In this document: piece by piece, positions 34,043-43,157 of the stretch
How the letters are laid out: each line of letters opens with the position of its first letter
How positions within the stretch are numbered: position 1 is the first letter of the stretch
DNA from: a virus
Taxonomy: Duplodnaviria; Caudoviricetes
IMG/VR virus record: IMGVR_UViG_3300009431_000002
Location: 128,001 to 192,000 of that record
Strand: one strand, 5' to 3'
Length of the DNA: 64,000 bases
Made by a program: the position numbers and the translations under genes
The notes under the pieces: model-generated
Database searches by the model: none
The model's input: only the letters and a program-made list of their open reading frames with translations
What the model was told of the DNA's origin: nothing

Positions 34043-35183
34043 CCGCCGAGGCCGTGGCAGCCGCGGAACCTGGCGGAACCGCTGGCGGCCGCCGCAGGCC
34101 GAGGTCGGGACGCCCGCCGTCCTGATCCCCGGCGAGTACCCCGACCCCCGACCGGACAAGCAGGAGCACGGGCGCGCGCCCGTCCGCCAGTACTTCCTCC
34201 GCTCGGAGCACCGCAAGGTGCTGCAGAAGGGGAAGTCGATCATGACCGGCACCTGCTCCGCCGGCTGGGACCCCAACGACGCGTGCGACTGCGTGTGGTG
34301 CTACGAGAAGGAGAACGGGGACAGCACCATCGACAACGGCAAGGACCCGCGCCTCGTCTTCTCGATGAACCTCGTCCACCTCGTCTGGTTCCACCTGGTG
34401 CCGGACGTCGACCGCAAGACCAAGCGCCCCCGCATCAACGAGAAGACCGGCAAGCCCTACATGGTCAAGACCGAGTGCCAGGGCCGCGGCTGCCCCCACT
34501 GCAAGAACGACGAGGAGCTGACGTTCGGCGCCAAGAAGTACATGGACGTCGGCCTGGGCCACCTGGGCAACCTCCGCGACTTCGACGCCACCGTCGGCCG
34601 CCTGTGCCTCCGCTGCCGCGAGGGCACCATCAGCACGGCCTCTTTCGAGTGCCCCGAGTGCGGCGAGGTCATCGTCGACTGCCTGTCGCACCAGTACACC
34701 GACCGCGAGCTGGACCAGTTCGCCACCGAGCAGCTGACCTGCCCCAACCCGCAGTGCCGGACCACCGGCATGGCGGTCGAGACCATCGAGTGCTCGCACT
34801 GCAAGGACCCGCTCCGGACCACCCTGTTCGACGTGGTCTTCTGGATGTGCCGCAAGGGCGAGGGCACCGACTCCAAGATCTCGCTGGCCCACGACGACCC
34901 CCGGCACCCCGGCTGGTGCTTCCTCGACGAGTTCGACATCCCCTGTGACCCGCCGGCCCCGCTCATCACCGGGTGGGAGGACGACGAGACCGGCCTCGGC
35001 CTCAAGCCCGTCTGGGACGAGGACGTCCGCAAGCTGACCCGCCCGTTCGACTTCGCCGAGATGATGGACGTGGGCAAGCCCCTGTCCCTCGACGGCCAGG
35101 CCAAGCGCCTGCAGGTCCAGAACCCCTTCGCCCAGACCCGGGGCGCCCGGAGCTACGGCGACGGCCCCGGCTTCAACAGGTAG
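34008..35183 (+). CDS. Probable ssDNA-binding protein, multi-zinc-finger
   Basis: Lies between primase and polymerase. Contains a TCSAG..CDCVWC zinc module reminiscent of gp32-type SSBs plus more CxxC pairs. The call is positional and inferential. Confidence 0.4.
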   Translation: MSFRRSAGGERSRRGRGSRGTWRNRWRPPQAEVGTPAVLIPGEYPDPRPDKQEHGRAPVRQYFLRSEHRKVLQKGKSIMTGTCSAGWDPNDACDCVWCYEKENGDSTIDNGKDPRLVFSMNLVHLVWFHLVPDVDRKTKRPRINEKTGKPYMVKTECQGRGCPHCKNDEELTFGAKKYMDVGLGHLGNLRDFDATVGRLCLRCREGTISTASFECPECGEVIVDCLSHQYTDRELDQFATEQLTCPNPQCRTTGMAVETIECSHCKDPLRTTLFDVVFWMCRKGEGTDSKISLAHDDPRHPGWCFLDEFDIPCDPPAPLITGWEDDETGLGLKPVWDEDVRKLTRPFDFAEMMDVGKPLSLDGQAKRLQVQNPFAQTRGARSYGDGPGFNR

Positions 35184-35192
35184 CCACTACGG

Positions 35193-35220
35193 GCCCGCCC
35201 CCGCACGCGCGGGGGCGGGC
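35193..35220. other. Perfect 12-bp GC hairpin without U-tract
   Basis: GCCCGCCCCCGC-ACGC-GCGGGGGCGGGC in the gap before the polymerase ATG. Confidence 0.6.
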
Positions 35221-35231
35221 GTGGAGCCTCA

Positions 35232-37205
35232 ATGCGGTTGAACGTCACGCTCCCCGAACCCGAGTGGGTGGGCACCGAAGAAGAGGCCCGTCGTGTCCTC
35301 GCCTACGCCATGAAGCAGAAGCACATGGCCGTGGACACGGAGACCACAGGCCTCAACATCGTCCGGGACTACATCGTCTACTGGTCGATGAGCGAGGGCA
35401 CGCACCGCTGGTGCATCCCGGCCGAGCTCCTGGACGTGTTCCGCCCGTTCTTCGAGGCCGAGCACATCACCAAGATCTTCACCAACGCCAAGTACGACGT
35501 CCACATGCTGGCCAACGCCGGCATCGAGTGCCGTGGGCCCTGGTGGTGCACCCTGGTGATGGACTGGCTGATCGACGTGAACCGACGACACGGGCTGAAG
35601 GAGTGCGTGCAGCGGGAGGGCATCCTCCCGCGCGGCGCCATGCCCAGCTTCGCCGAGGTCTTCCTCACCGACCCGGAGACGGGCAAGCGCATCAAACGCA
35701 AGAAGACAGACTCCCTCGAGGACATCCACCGACGGATGATGAAGGACGACCCCGAGAAGGCCATCGACTACGCCTCGCAGGACGCCTGGGCCACCTGGGT
35801 CCTGGCCTGGATCCTCCAGAAGGACCTCGAGGAGATGGAGTTCGGTGACGACTGGTCCGGGTGGGACTACTACCTGGACATGGAGCTGCCCTACACGCCG
35901 GTCCTGTGGAGGATGGAGCGCGAGGGCATCACCGTCGACGTCGGCCACCTCCTGTCGTTCGGCGACGAGCTGATCGGCCAGCTGGACAAGCTGGAGCGGT
36001 CGTTCGCCAAAGAGGCGGGGCACGTCGTCAACCTCCGCAGCCACAAGCAGCTGCGCGAGCTGTTCTACTTCTTCGACGAGGACACGGAGACCTGGGAGGA
36101 CCCCTGGGGCAAGCCGTGCAAGTACTGGACCGACGGCGGGGCAAAGGGCCTCCGCATGCCCTCCACCGCGAAGCTCGTGCTGGAGAAGTGGGCGGACAAG
36201 GGCCTACCGCTGGCCCAGAACCTGATCGACCACCGCAGCCTGGCCAAGCTCCACGACACCTACATCCAGGGTGTCCCGGCCAGGCTCGACGGCCACATGC
36301 GGGTCCACACGACCTTCAACCAGCACATCACCGCGACTGGACGGCTGTCCAGCGAGGACCCCAACCTGCAGAACATCCCGGTGCGCACGGCCAACGGCCG
36401 CCGCATCCGCGAAGCGTTCGTCGCCGCCGAGGGCAAGCGCCTGCTGGTCTACGACTACAGCCAGCTGGAGATGCGCATCCTCGCCCACTACTCCGGCGAC
36501 CGGGGGATGATCGACGCCATCAACGGCGGACTCGACATCCACAACGACTCGACCGCCCGCATCTACGGCATCCCCTACGACGTGGTGGCCGCGGCCAAGA
36601 AGGCCGAGGACCCGACATCAGAGCAGGTGGAGATCGTCGAGAAGCGAGGCCTGGCCAAGAACGCCGGCTTCCTCATCGTCTACGGCGGCGGCGCCGGGCG
36701 CCTGGCGGTCACCGCAGGCGTCCCGTTCAAGGTGGCCAAGGGCGTCATCGCCGGCTTCCTGGACGCGCGGCCCGGCATCGCCGACTACGCGCAGGGCATG
36801 AAGGACTTCGCGCACGACCACCACCACGTCCGGACCATCACCGGCCGCTACCGGCACCTGCCCTACATCGACAGCCGCGAGGACCACGGTGCCAGCGAGC
36901 GCGCCGCGGTCAACACACCGATCCAGGGCAGCGCCGGGGACATCGTGAAGAAGGCGATGCTCAAGATGTTCGCCATCGAGGACCCGCGCTATCGTGAGAC
37001 TGCGGAGCGGCTGGAGGAGCTGGGCTGCAAGCTGCTGCTGCAGGTCCACGACGAGCTGGTCATGGAGATCCCGGACGACGACGAGATCGAGGCCGAGGTC
37101 GAGGCCATCGCCCACGAGCAGATGGAGAAGCCGTTCGCCGAGGACCTGGTCGTCCCGCTGCCCATCGACGGTGGCGGTGGATACAACTGGCTGGAGGCCA
37201 AATGA
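35232..37205 (+). CDS. polA: DNA polymerase family A (3'-5' exonuclease plus polymerase, no 5'-3' exonuclease domain)
   Basis: AVDTET, NAKYD, YASQDA, TGRLSSEDPNLQNIP, DYSQLEMRILAH, RGLAKNAGFLIVYG, NTPIQGSAGDI, LQVHDEL. Confidence 0.93.
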   Translation: MRLNVTLPEPEWVGTEEEARRVLAYAMKQKHMAVDTETTGLNIVRDYIVYWSMSEGTHRWCIPAELLDVFRPFFEAEHITKIFTNAKYDVHMLANAGIECRGPWWCTLVMDWLIDVNRRHGLKECVQREGILPRGAMPSFAEVFLTDPETGKRIKRKKTDSLEDIHRRMMKDDPEKAIDYASQDAWATWVLAWILQKDLEEMEFGDDWSGWDYYLDMELPYTPVLWRMEREGITVDVGHLLSFGDELIGQLDKLERSFAKEAGHVVNLRSHKQLRELFYFFDEDTETWEDPWGKPCKYWTDGGAKGLRMPSTAKLVLEKWADKGLPLAQNLIDHRSLAKLHDTYIQGVPARLDGHMRVHTTFNQHITATGRLSSEDPNLQNIPVRTANGRRIREAFVAAEGKRLLVYDYSQLEMRILAHYSGDRGMIDAINGGLDIHNDSTARIYGIPYDVVAAAKKAEDPTSEQVEIVEKRGLAKNAGFLIVYGGGAGRLAVTAGVPFKVAKGVIAGFLDARPGIADYAQGMKDFAHDHHHVRTITGRYRHLPYIDSREDHGASERAAVNTPIQGSAGDIVKKAMLKMFAIEDPRYRETAERLEELGCKLLLQVHDELVMEIPDDDEIEAEVEAIAHEQMEKPFAEDLVVPLPIDGGGGYNWLEAK

Positions 37206-37498
37206 GAGTCACGTGCAGCGAGTGCGGCACCGAGTTCACGGCGAAGCTCGCCCCCTGTCCGGACGGCAGGGAGAACTGCGCTGTCGCCCACTACAACAAG
37301 GAGAGTTGGGACTGCCCCAACTGCGACCACAACATGGGCCGGGAGGTGGCCACGGCCATCAAGGAGGGCCGGGTCACCGAGGAGCCCGGCATCGGCATCG
37401 GCAACATCGCCGCGGTGCGGAAGCTCGAGATCTACCGGGGAGACAACCGTGCACCGGACGGCATGACCTTCCCGAAGGTCGAGGACTACGAGCCGTGA
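37202..37498 (+). CDS. Zinc-ribbon protein
   Basis: CSEC...CPDG...C...CPNC; ATGA coupling. Confidence 0.65.
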   Translation: MRVTCSECGTEFTAKLAPCPDGRENCAVAHYNKESWDCPNCDHNMGREVATAIKEGRVTEEPGIGIGNIAAVRKLEIYRGDNRAPDGMTFPKVEDYEP

Positions 37499-38031
37499 CA
37501 GGCCATCCCAAGCTACGGCCTGGGTTCCTGCGGTTGATGGAGCGCTTCCTCATGCACCCGCGCGACCCGTCGAAGCCATCCCCAGCCGACATCATCCACG
37601 CGAACCCCGAGGAGCTGGCGCGGGAGCTGATCCGCCTCCAGCACACCGACGCGATGTACGCGACACTGTGTCGTTTGCAGCGTGACCACCCGCAGATCAC
37701 GGACCAGCACATCCTGTGTGCCGCGCTGCTCTCGCGGGAGGAGATCCTCGAGCTGCTGCACGCTGAGGTCCGCGACCGGCCACCCGAGCCCATCGTGGTG
37801 GGGGACGTCCCCTTCTTCCCGATCAGCTCCGAGCGCGTCCCGAAAACGGAGGAGGCACTGCTGGAGGGCATGGCCGACCTCAAGCCGGCGCTCAACAAGA
37901 TCATCGCCACCGCCAGCGGCTCGAGGCCAATCCCCGATGGCGAGGTCACCTGGGAGCGTCTCGGCGAAGGACTCCGCGACTGGTTCAGTAGGCACGCCAC
38001 GCCCGTGGAGCGAGACGATGACGAAGAGTGA
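37495..38031 (+). CDS. Hypothetical protein
   Basis: GTGA coupling; 3' part of ORF 36994..38031. Confidence 0.6.
   Translation: MTGHPKLRPGFLRLMERFLMHPRDPSKPSPADIIHANPEELARELIRLQHTDAMYATLCRLQRDHPQITDQHILCAALLSREEILELLHAEVRDRPPEPIVVGDVPFFPISSERVPKTEEALLEGMADLKPALNKIIATASGSRPIPDGEVTWERLGEGLRDWFSRHATPVERDDDEE
37661..37673. repeat. Dispersed palindrome, copy 4
   Basis: GCGACACTGTGTCGT at 37660-37674, inside a CDS (encodes ATLCR). Confidence 0.9.
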
Positions 38032-38299
38032 GCTGCTGGACCTCGTGCACCGCCGCGTTCGCCGGCGCGTGCGCCTCAACCCCCTGCTGACTCGCGCCGT
38101 CGTCGAGGCGTTCCTGGACGTCGTCGCCGAGACCATCAACTCCGGCGAGCCCGTGAAGCTCCGTGGCTTCGGCCGGTTCGACATCATCCTCGCGCCGAAG
38201 AAGGCGGTCTACGACTTCAAGAAGAAGGAGATGACCAGCATCCCGCCGAGGCACAAGGTCGTGTTCAAGCCCTCGTCGACGAGGTTCACCCTTGACTGA
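38018..38299 (+). CDS. HU/IHF-family DNA-binding protein
   Basis: MTKSELL...AVVEAFLDVVAETINSGEPVKLRGFGRF...IPPRHKVVFKPS. Confidence 0.88.
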   Translation: MTKSELLDLVHRRVRRRVRLNPLLTRAVVEAFLDVVAETINSGEPVKLRGFGRFDIILAPKKAVYDFKKKEMTSIPPRHKVVFKPSSTRFTLD

Positions 38300-38765
38300 C
38301 CTGACCATCGAAGAGGCGGAGCTGGTGATGGTCGACTACGTCCTCAGCTGCTACACCGGCGCCTACGTCCCCAGGGCGGTGATGAACGCGCTGGCCCACG
38401 GCAACGTCACGCCGGCCGAGGCCCTGAAGAAGGCCGCCGGCGTCGGCGGGTACGCGGGCGACGGCATCTCCTTGGACTACAGCGCCAAGGGCATCTCGAT
38501 GACCAGCCCCATCAATCACTTCCTCACCTGGGCGCGAGCTGCGAAGATCGCCACACGGGGGCTCGACGTCTTCCGCCGGGTCTTCGAGGAGGATCGCGTC
38601 TGGGTCTTCGGCCTGGGCGAGAAGGCAACCCACCGCGCCCGCTCCGCGCGCGGACGCGACGACATCACCAACATGGCCAGCCGGATACCGAGCTGGGAAG
38701 GAGGACACCGTGAAGCCCGACCCCCGAGACGACGAGGGAATGGACAAGTACAGCGTCGTCGTTGA
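38292..38765 (+). CDS. Hypothetical protein
   Basis: TTG start overlapping the HU 3' end; GC3-rich. Confidence 0.6.
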   Translation: MTDLTIEEAELVMVDYVLSCYTGAYVPRAVMNALAHGNVTPAEALKKAAGVGGYAGDGISLDYSAKGISMTSPINHFLTWARAAKIATRGLDVFRRVFEEDRVWVFGLGEKATHRARSARGRDDITNMASRIPSWEGGHREARPPRRRGNGQVQRRR

Positions 38766-38901
38766 CGACGAGATGGAGAAGCAAGCCCGGGAGGGCGGCG
38801 GCTGCCCCGTGTGCGGCGGCACCGTCGACTACTCCGGCAACGTGCCCGTGTGCCCCAAGTGCGGCACCGCTCCCTTCGAGAAGCGCCCGGAGGGGAAGTG
38901 A
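38710..38901 (+). CDS. Small zinc-ribbon protein containing DDEMEKQA
   Basis: RBS GGAGG; CPVCG...CPKCG. Confidence 0.68.
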   Translation: MKPDPRDDEGMDKYSVVVDDEMEKQAREGGGCPVCGGTVDYSGNVPVCPKCGTAPFEKRPEGK

Positions 38902-40091
38902 ACGACTTCACCTCGCCCCGACACGAGCGCCTCGCCCCCCACCTCGACGACGTCGTGAAGAAGGTCGGCGGGCGCGCACGACTGAAGCGCGCCAGCGAAA
39001 TGGTCATGCCCTACTACATGCTCCGCCGACCGTGCGGGATCATCGGCCTGGACATCGCCACGGGCGGTGGCCTCCCGGCCGGCGGGCTGGCCGAGATCAT
39101 CGGCCCCGACGGGGTCTGCAAGACCTACCTCCTCAACCGCTACCTGCGGCGGCAGCAGGAGATCTTCGGCCGCAACTGTTTCCTCGCCATGGACATGACG
39201 GAGATGCAGTACGACAAGACCTTCGCCAAGATGCACGACCTCCGCGTCTCGCTCAGCGAGATCGAGATCAAGCGCGAGCAGGAGCTGCAGGGCCGCGACT
39301 TCACCGATGAGGAGCTGGCCTACGCCCGCGACCAGATCGGTGAGTTCTTCGTCGGCATCGGCGACTCCGCCGAGGACCTGTACGACATGATCCTCGTCCA
39401 GGTCGCCAGCATGATCTACAACATCGTCGGCATCGACTCTTGGGGCTCCCTCCTGACCAAGGAGGAGGACAAGAAGGGGATGCACGACAAGACCCGAGGC
39501 GGGTCCGCGAAGGTCAACACCGAGTTCCTGCGGCGCTTCCACGCTGCGATGCTGACCGAGGACGACTCGGGCATGCCCAACCTCACCACGGTCGTCGGCA
39601 TCAACCAGTGGCGCGACCGCATGGGTGGGATGGGTGGCCTCAGCATCCAGGGCGGCTACGCCCTGAAGCACGGCAAGTTCGTCTCCATCAGGCTCACGGC
39701 CCACTCGGGGATCTTCAAGAACGCCAAGGGCGAGGTCTCCATCGGCGCGAGCAAGGACGACAGTGGCAAGAAGTCCACGAAGACCCAGATCGGCAAGGTC
39801 ATCCGCTGGAAGATCCTCAAGGGCAAGGCCGGGTGCCACGACGGTCCCGAAGGCGAGTTCCACTACTACTACGCCACCGGCGTGGACACGGACCGCGACC
39901 TCATCGTCACCGCGCAGAAGTGCGGCGTCGTCAAGACCGCGGGGTCCTGGCTGTCCTTCGGCAAGCTCAAGGCCCAGGGCATCGCCAACTGGAACAAGCG
40001 GTTCGACGCGGAGCCCGACCTCCGACTGGAGATGGAGCGCGCTGTCCTGGAGGCGTACGGTGTCACGCCGAACTACTACCTCGAGTACTGA
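38898..40091 (+). CDS. recA: RecA/UvsX-family recombinase
   Basis: LDIATGGGLPAGGLAEIIGPDGVCKT, IVGIDSWGSL, VVGINQWRDRMG, GGYALKHG, V..AGSWLSFG..KAQG. Confidence 0.88.
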   Translation: MNDFTSPRHERLAPHLDDVVKKVGGRARLKRASEMVMPYYMLRRPCGIIGLDIATGGGLPAGGLAEIIGPDGVCKTYLLNRYLRRQQEIFGRNCFLAMDMTEMQYDKTFAKMHDLRVSLSEIEIKREQELQGRDFTDEELAYARDQIGEFFVGIGDSAEDLYDMILVQVASMIYNIVGIDSWGSLLTKEEDKKGMHDKTRGGSAKVNTEFLRRFHAAMLTEDDSGMPNLTTVVGINQWRDRMGGMGGLSIQGGYALKHGKFVSIRLTAHSGIFKNAKGEVSIGASKDDSGKKSTKTQIGKVIRWKILKGKAGCHDGPEGEFHYYYATGVDTDRDLIVTAQKCGVVKTAGSWLSFGKLKAQGIANWNKRFDAEPDLRLEMERAVLEAYGVTPNYYLEY

Positions 40092-40092
40092 C

Positions 40093-40596
40093 CTGTTCCA
40101 GGACTGCATGCACTGCGGGGCCAACGCGTGGCAGAGCCACCGCTTCAAGCTCCGCTGCTCCGTCTGCGGCACCATCGTCAACCGGCGCTCCGTGGAGATC
40201 CAGAAGCACGCGCAGAGGGGCTCCTCGGACGCCGGCTACAACGCGCGCGTCCGGCGCAAGGAGAGCGACACCGACGAAGCCGAGCTCGCCCGGCAGACGG
40301 GTGGCCGAGTCCAGCGCGGCTCGGGCTGCGGCCCCATCCACAAGCTCGACGTGGCCACCCGCGAGGAGCTGCGTGAGCACAAAGAGACGCGCTCCAGCGA
40401 CTTCCGGTTCGTCAAGCTCAACGACTGGTACAAGACCCGAAACCACGCCCTGTCGCAGGGGCTGCGGCCCATCCTGGACCTGCGGTTCAAGCGGCGGGGC
40501 GCTACACCCGATGTCCAGCTCGTCGTGCTGGATCTCCGTGACTATGAAGCACTGAAGGAGGCTGCACGTGACCGATCAGCTGAAGACCATCGCTGA
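40093..40596 (+). CDS. Zinc finger plus PD-(D/E)XK Holliday-junction-resolvase-like nuclease, start uncertain (CTG 40093 or ATG 40108)
   Basis: CMHC...CSVC, then E.ELARQTGGRVQRGSG...KLDV......EHKET...WYK, the E/D/ExK pattern of phage Hjc-like resolvases. Confidence 0.6.
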   Translation: MFQDCMHCGANAWQSHRFKLRCSVCGTIVNRRSVEIQKHAQRGSSDAGYNARVRRKESDTDEAELARQTGGRVQRGSGCGPIHKLDVATREELREHKETRSSDFRFVKLNDWYKTRNHALSQGLRPILDLRFKRRGATPDVQLVVLDLRDYEALKEAARDRSAEDHR

Positions 40597-41371
40597 CCTC
40601 GACGCCATGGGGATGGAACAAGCGGAGGCGATTGCCCTCGCCAACTCCCCGAAGACCGAACTACTCGCCTGGATCAAGACCCTCAACGACCCCGAGGTGG
40701 ATCTCCACCACCAGTCCGTCCAGATCACGCGCGCCAAGCGCGCGGCCGCCCGCGAGCCCAAGCTCCGGGAGACCTTCCGCATCGAGCCGTCGTCCATCAA
40801 GGACTGCAGCCGCAAGCTGTGGTACCAGCTGATGGGCGCCGAGAAGAAGTCGAAGTTCGACGCCCGCATCCTGCAGATCTTCGGCACCGGACACGCCATC
40901 CACGAGCAGTACCAGTGCTACTGCGAGGCCATGTGGGGCTGGTCCCCGGACGGGTGGGAGCCCGGCTTCCACGACGAGATGGGCGTCATGATCGAGGACC
41001 TGTGGATCTCTGGGTCCACGGACGGTATCCGCTCGACGCCACTGATCCGCTACCAGTTCGACATCAAGACGATCAACCACGACAGGTTCACCAAGCTGAA
41101 TGGCAGGCCGGAAGACGGCCACGCGCAGCAGCTGCTGTGCTACATGAAGGCGTTCGACATCCCCTTCGGGTACATCCTGTACATCAACAAGGACAAGAGC
41201 CTGATGGAGGAGGTACTCGTCATGTTCAGCCACGTCCTGTGGGAGTCCATCGAGCGGAAGTGCCAGGCCGTCATCGAGTCCGGGCCGGACGGCGCCGACC
41301 GCGATGTCAAGAAGTGGGCCTGCCGGCGATGCGACTACAGCCACGTCTGCACGCAGAAGGGTGGCCGCTGA
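40568..41371 (+). CDS. Cas4-like/RecB-family PD-(D/E)XK exonuclease
   Basis: PSSIKDCSRKLWY, GTGHAIHE, ISGSTDGI, FDIKT, HAQQLLCYM, YILYINKD, CRRCDYSHVC (1+3 Cys Fe-S staple). Confidence 0.8.
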   Translation: MTDQLKTIADLDAMGMEQAEAIALANSPKTELLAWIKTLNDPEVDLHHQSVQITRAKRAAAREPKLRETFRIEPSSIKDCSRKLWYQLMGAEKKSKFDARILQIFGTGHAIHEQYQCYCEAMWGWSPDGWEPGFHDEMGVMIEDLWISGSTDGIRSTPLIRYQFDIKTINHDRFTKLNGRPEDGHAQQLLCYMKAFDIPFGYILYINKDKSLMEEVLVMFSHVLWESIERKCQAVIESGPDGADRDVKKWACRRCDYSHVCTQKGGR

Positions 41372-41946
41372 TGGGACGTGGACGACTCGCGCCACGCGCG
41401 GCGCTGGACGACGCACTCGACAAGTTCGACATCGAGGCCGAGGCCACCAAGAACCTGGGCAAGCTGAAGATCTCGGTGCCACCCAAGCCGGAGTGGACCG
41501 GCAAGCTCTACGACGGCATCCTGCCGCCCAACTACGCGCGGCTGTCCGACGACGAGCTCGCTGACCTGCTCGGCGAGATCACGCAGCACCAGAACTTCCT
41601 GCGCGGGCAGGGCGCGGTGTTCAGCGCCTGTGCCAAGGCGATCAAGAAGCGGCTGCGGCTCCTGCAGGCGTACCTCCGCAAGCAGTACCGCAAGCACATC
41701 GACGACCGCGACCCCAAGTGGGCGCTCGACGACCTCCTGGAGATGGACGAGCGCCACCAGGACCACGTCTCGATGCTCGGGTTCTACGAGTACTCTGCCG
41801 AGATCGCCGAGGCCTGCTACAAGGCGGCCGAGAGCGACTTCGCCACGGTCAGCCGCGTCATCACCCTCCGGGGCCAGTCGCGGGACAGCTCGTCGCGCGC
41901 ACGGTCGGCTCGCTATGGAGGCGGAGGTCGCGGAGCACTGAAGTGA
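41371..41946 (+). CDS. Hypothetical helical protein, possibly a UvsY-like recombination mediator
   Basis: TGATG coupling; long amphipathic helices; sits between the exonuclease and RusA. The function guess is positional. Confidence 0.5.
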   Translation: MGRGRLAPRAALDDALDKFDIEAEATKNLGKLKISVPPKPEWTGKLYDGILPPNYARLSDDELADLLGEITQHQNFLRGQGAVFSACAKAIKKRLRLLQAYLRKQYRKHIDDRDPKWALDDLLEMDERHQDHVSMLGFYEYSAEIAEACYKAAESDFATVSRVITLRGQSRDSSSRARSARYGGGGRGALK

Positions 41947-42473
41947 CCTTCCCCGAGATCGAGCCTCACGTCCTCGCCTACCACTACCTCCAGCCGCCGC
42001 CCAGTACCAACAAGGCGTACTACAACGCGCCGGGCGGCGGCAGGAGGAAGACCAAGCTCGCCGAGCGGTGGCAGGCGCGGTTCTCTGGGTCCATGGCCCA
42101 GGCGCGGCTGTTCTCGGTGAAGAAGCTGCAGGACATGGCCGCGGTCGGCGCCATCATCCACCTGCAGATCACCTTGTTCCTGCTGGCCGAGGAGGTGCTG
42201 AACATCAACTGGGCTGTCCGGTACGTCCGCGGCAAGAAGAAGGGGCAACGAAAGGCGCAATCCCGCTACAAGAAGATGGATGTATCTAACAGAGTCAAGC
42301 TCGTAGAAGATGCCGTGGCCGACCTCATCGGCATCGACGACCGAGCCAACTTCAGCGTCTCCAGCCTCAAGTTCATCGTCGGGGACAAGGCCGACCGCGG
42401 GGTGCGCGTCCGCATCACCATGGATGACCCGCGCGCGTTCGGCGTCCCCGAGGAGTTCGTGGGGCCGGAATGA
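41943..42473 (+). CDS. rusA: RusA-family Holliday junction resolvase
   Basis: PPPSTNKAY...RYKKMDVSNRVKLVEDAVADLIGIDD matches RusA PxSxN and DxDNxxKxxxD...DD (second Asp here is Ser). Confidence 0.75.
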   Translation: MTFPEIEPHVLAYHYLQPPPSTNKAYYNAPGGGRRKTKLAERWQARFSGSMAQARLFSVKKLQDMAAVGAIIHLQITLFLLAEEVLNINWAVRYVRGKKKGQRKAQSRYKKMDVSNRVKLVEDAVADLIGIDDRANFSVSSLKFIVGDKADRGVRVRITMDDPRAFGVPEEFVGPE

Positions 42474-42880
42474 AGGACGGCAAGACCATCACCTGCTACG
42501 GGCACGCCCCGAAGCAGCGGTCGGAACCCTACCAGACCAGCCGGCTGAAGTGCCTGACGCAGCCATACGACTTCTGCGAGGAATGTGGGCGCGGCTCGTT
42601 CGAGCTCATCGTCCCCGACCTGCGGAAGATGATCCGCTGCCCCGTCGGGCGGCTCGCCGAGTTGGCGAAGTCCAACGGCTTCTTGCCGCACCTGAAGGAG
42701 GAGAACCCGGTCCTCGCTACCGACGTGCGCAACGCGCTGGAGTCGGGGTTGGCGGGGGCCACCTTCGAGTACCAAGCATGTATCCTGTCCGGACCGTTCT
42801 ACACCTGCACCAGCTGCCGAGGAGAAGAGGACTATGACCCAAGACGTGGACGGAATCCTCAAGGCGCTCAACGTCAGTGA
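42470..42880 (+). CDS. Cys-rich hypothetical protein
   Basis: ATGA coupling; CEEC, CTSC. Confidence 0.62.
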   Translation: MKDGKTITCYGHAPKQRSEPYQTSRLKCLTQPYDFCEECGRGSFELIVPDLRKMIRCPVGRLAELAKSNGFLPHLKEENPVLATDVRNALESGLAGATFEYQACILSGPFYTCTSCRGEEDYDPRRGRNPQGAQRQ

Positions 42881-43157
42881 GCTGGTCGAGCTCGCCCGCT
42901 CCCAAGGACTGGGCATCCTCGACCCCAGCATCGACCGCGTGCGCCTCGAGCGCATCGTCTCCGGCATCGAAGACCCCACACGCAATGACCTCTGCCCCAC
43001 GGTCCCGTACCGCGAGGCACTCCACGCCTTCATCCGCCGCCACTGGGCCACGCTCAAGACCCAACTGCCTCACTGCCAGGGGGAGTGCCTGACGTTCGGC
43101 TGCCCGATGGGGATGGCGCTTGACCACTGGCTCGAGAACAGAGAGCATGTCGTCTGA
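42834..43157 (+). CDS. Hypothetical protein with C-terminal Cys motif
   Basis: RBS GAGG; CP...C.G.C...GCP. Confidence 0.65.
   Translation: MTQDVDGILKALNVSELVELARSQGLGILDPSIDRVRLERIVSGIEDPTRNDLCPTVPYREALHAFIRRHWATLKTQLPHCQGECLTFGCPMGMALDHWLENREHVV

Noticed and set aside
40568-41371. CRISPR-Cas system suggested by the Cas4-like gene
   Set aside because: No repeat-spacer array and no cas1, cas2 or effector genes seen; the context is a phage recombination operon.
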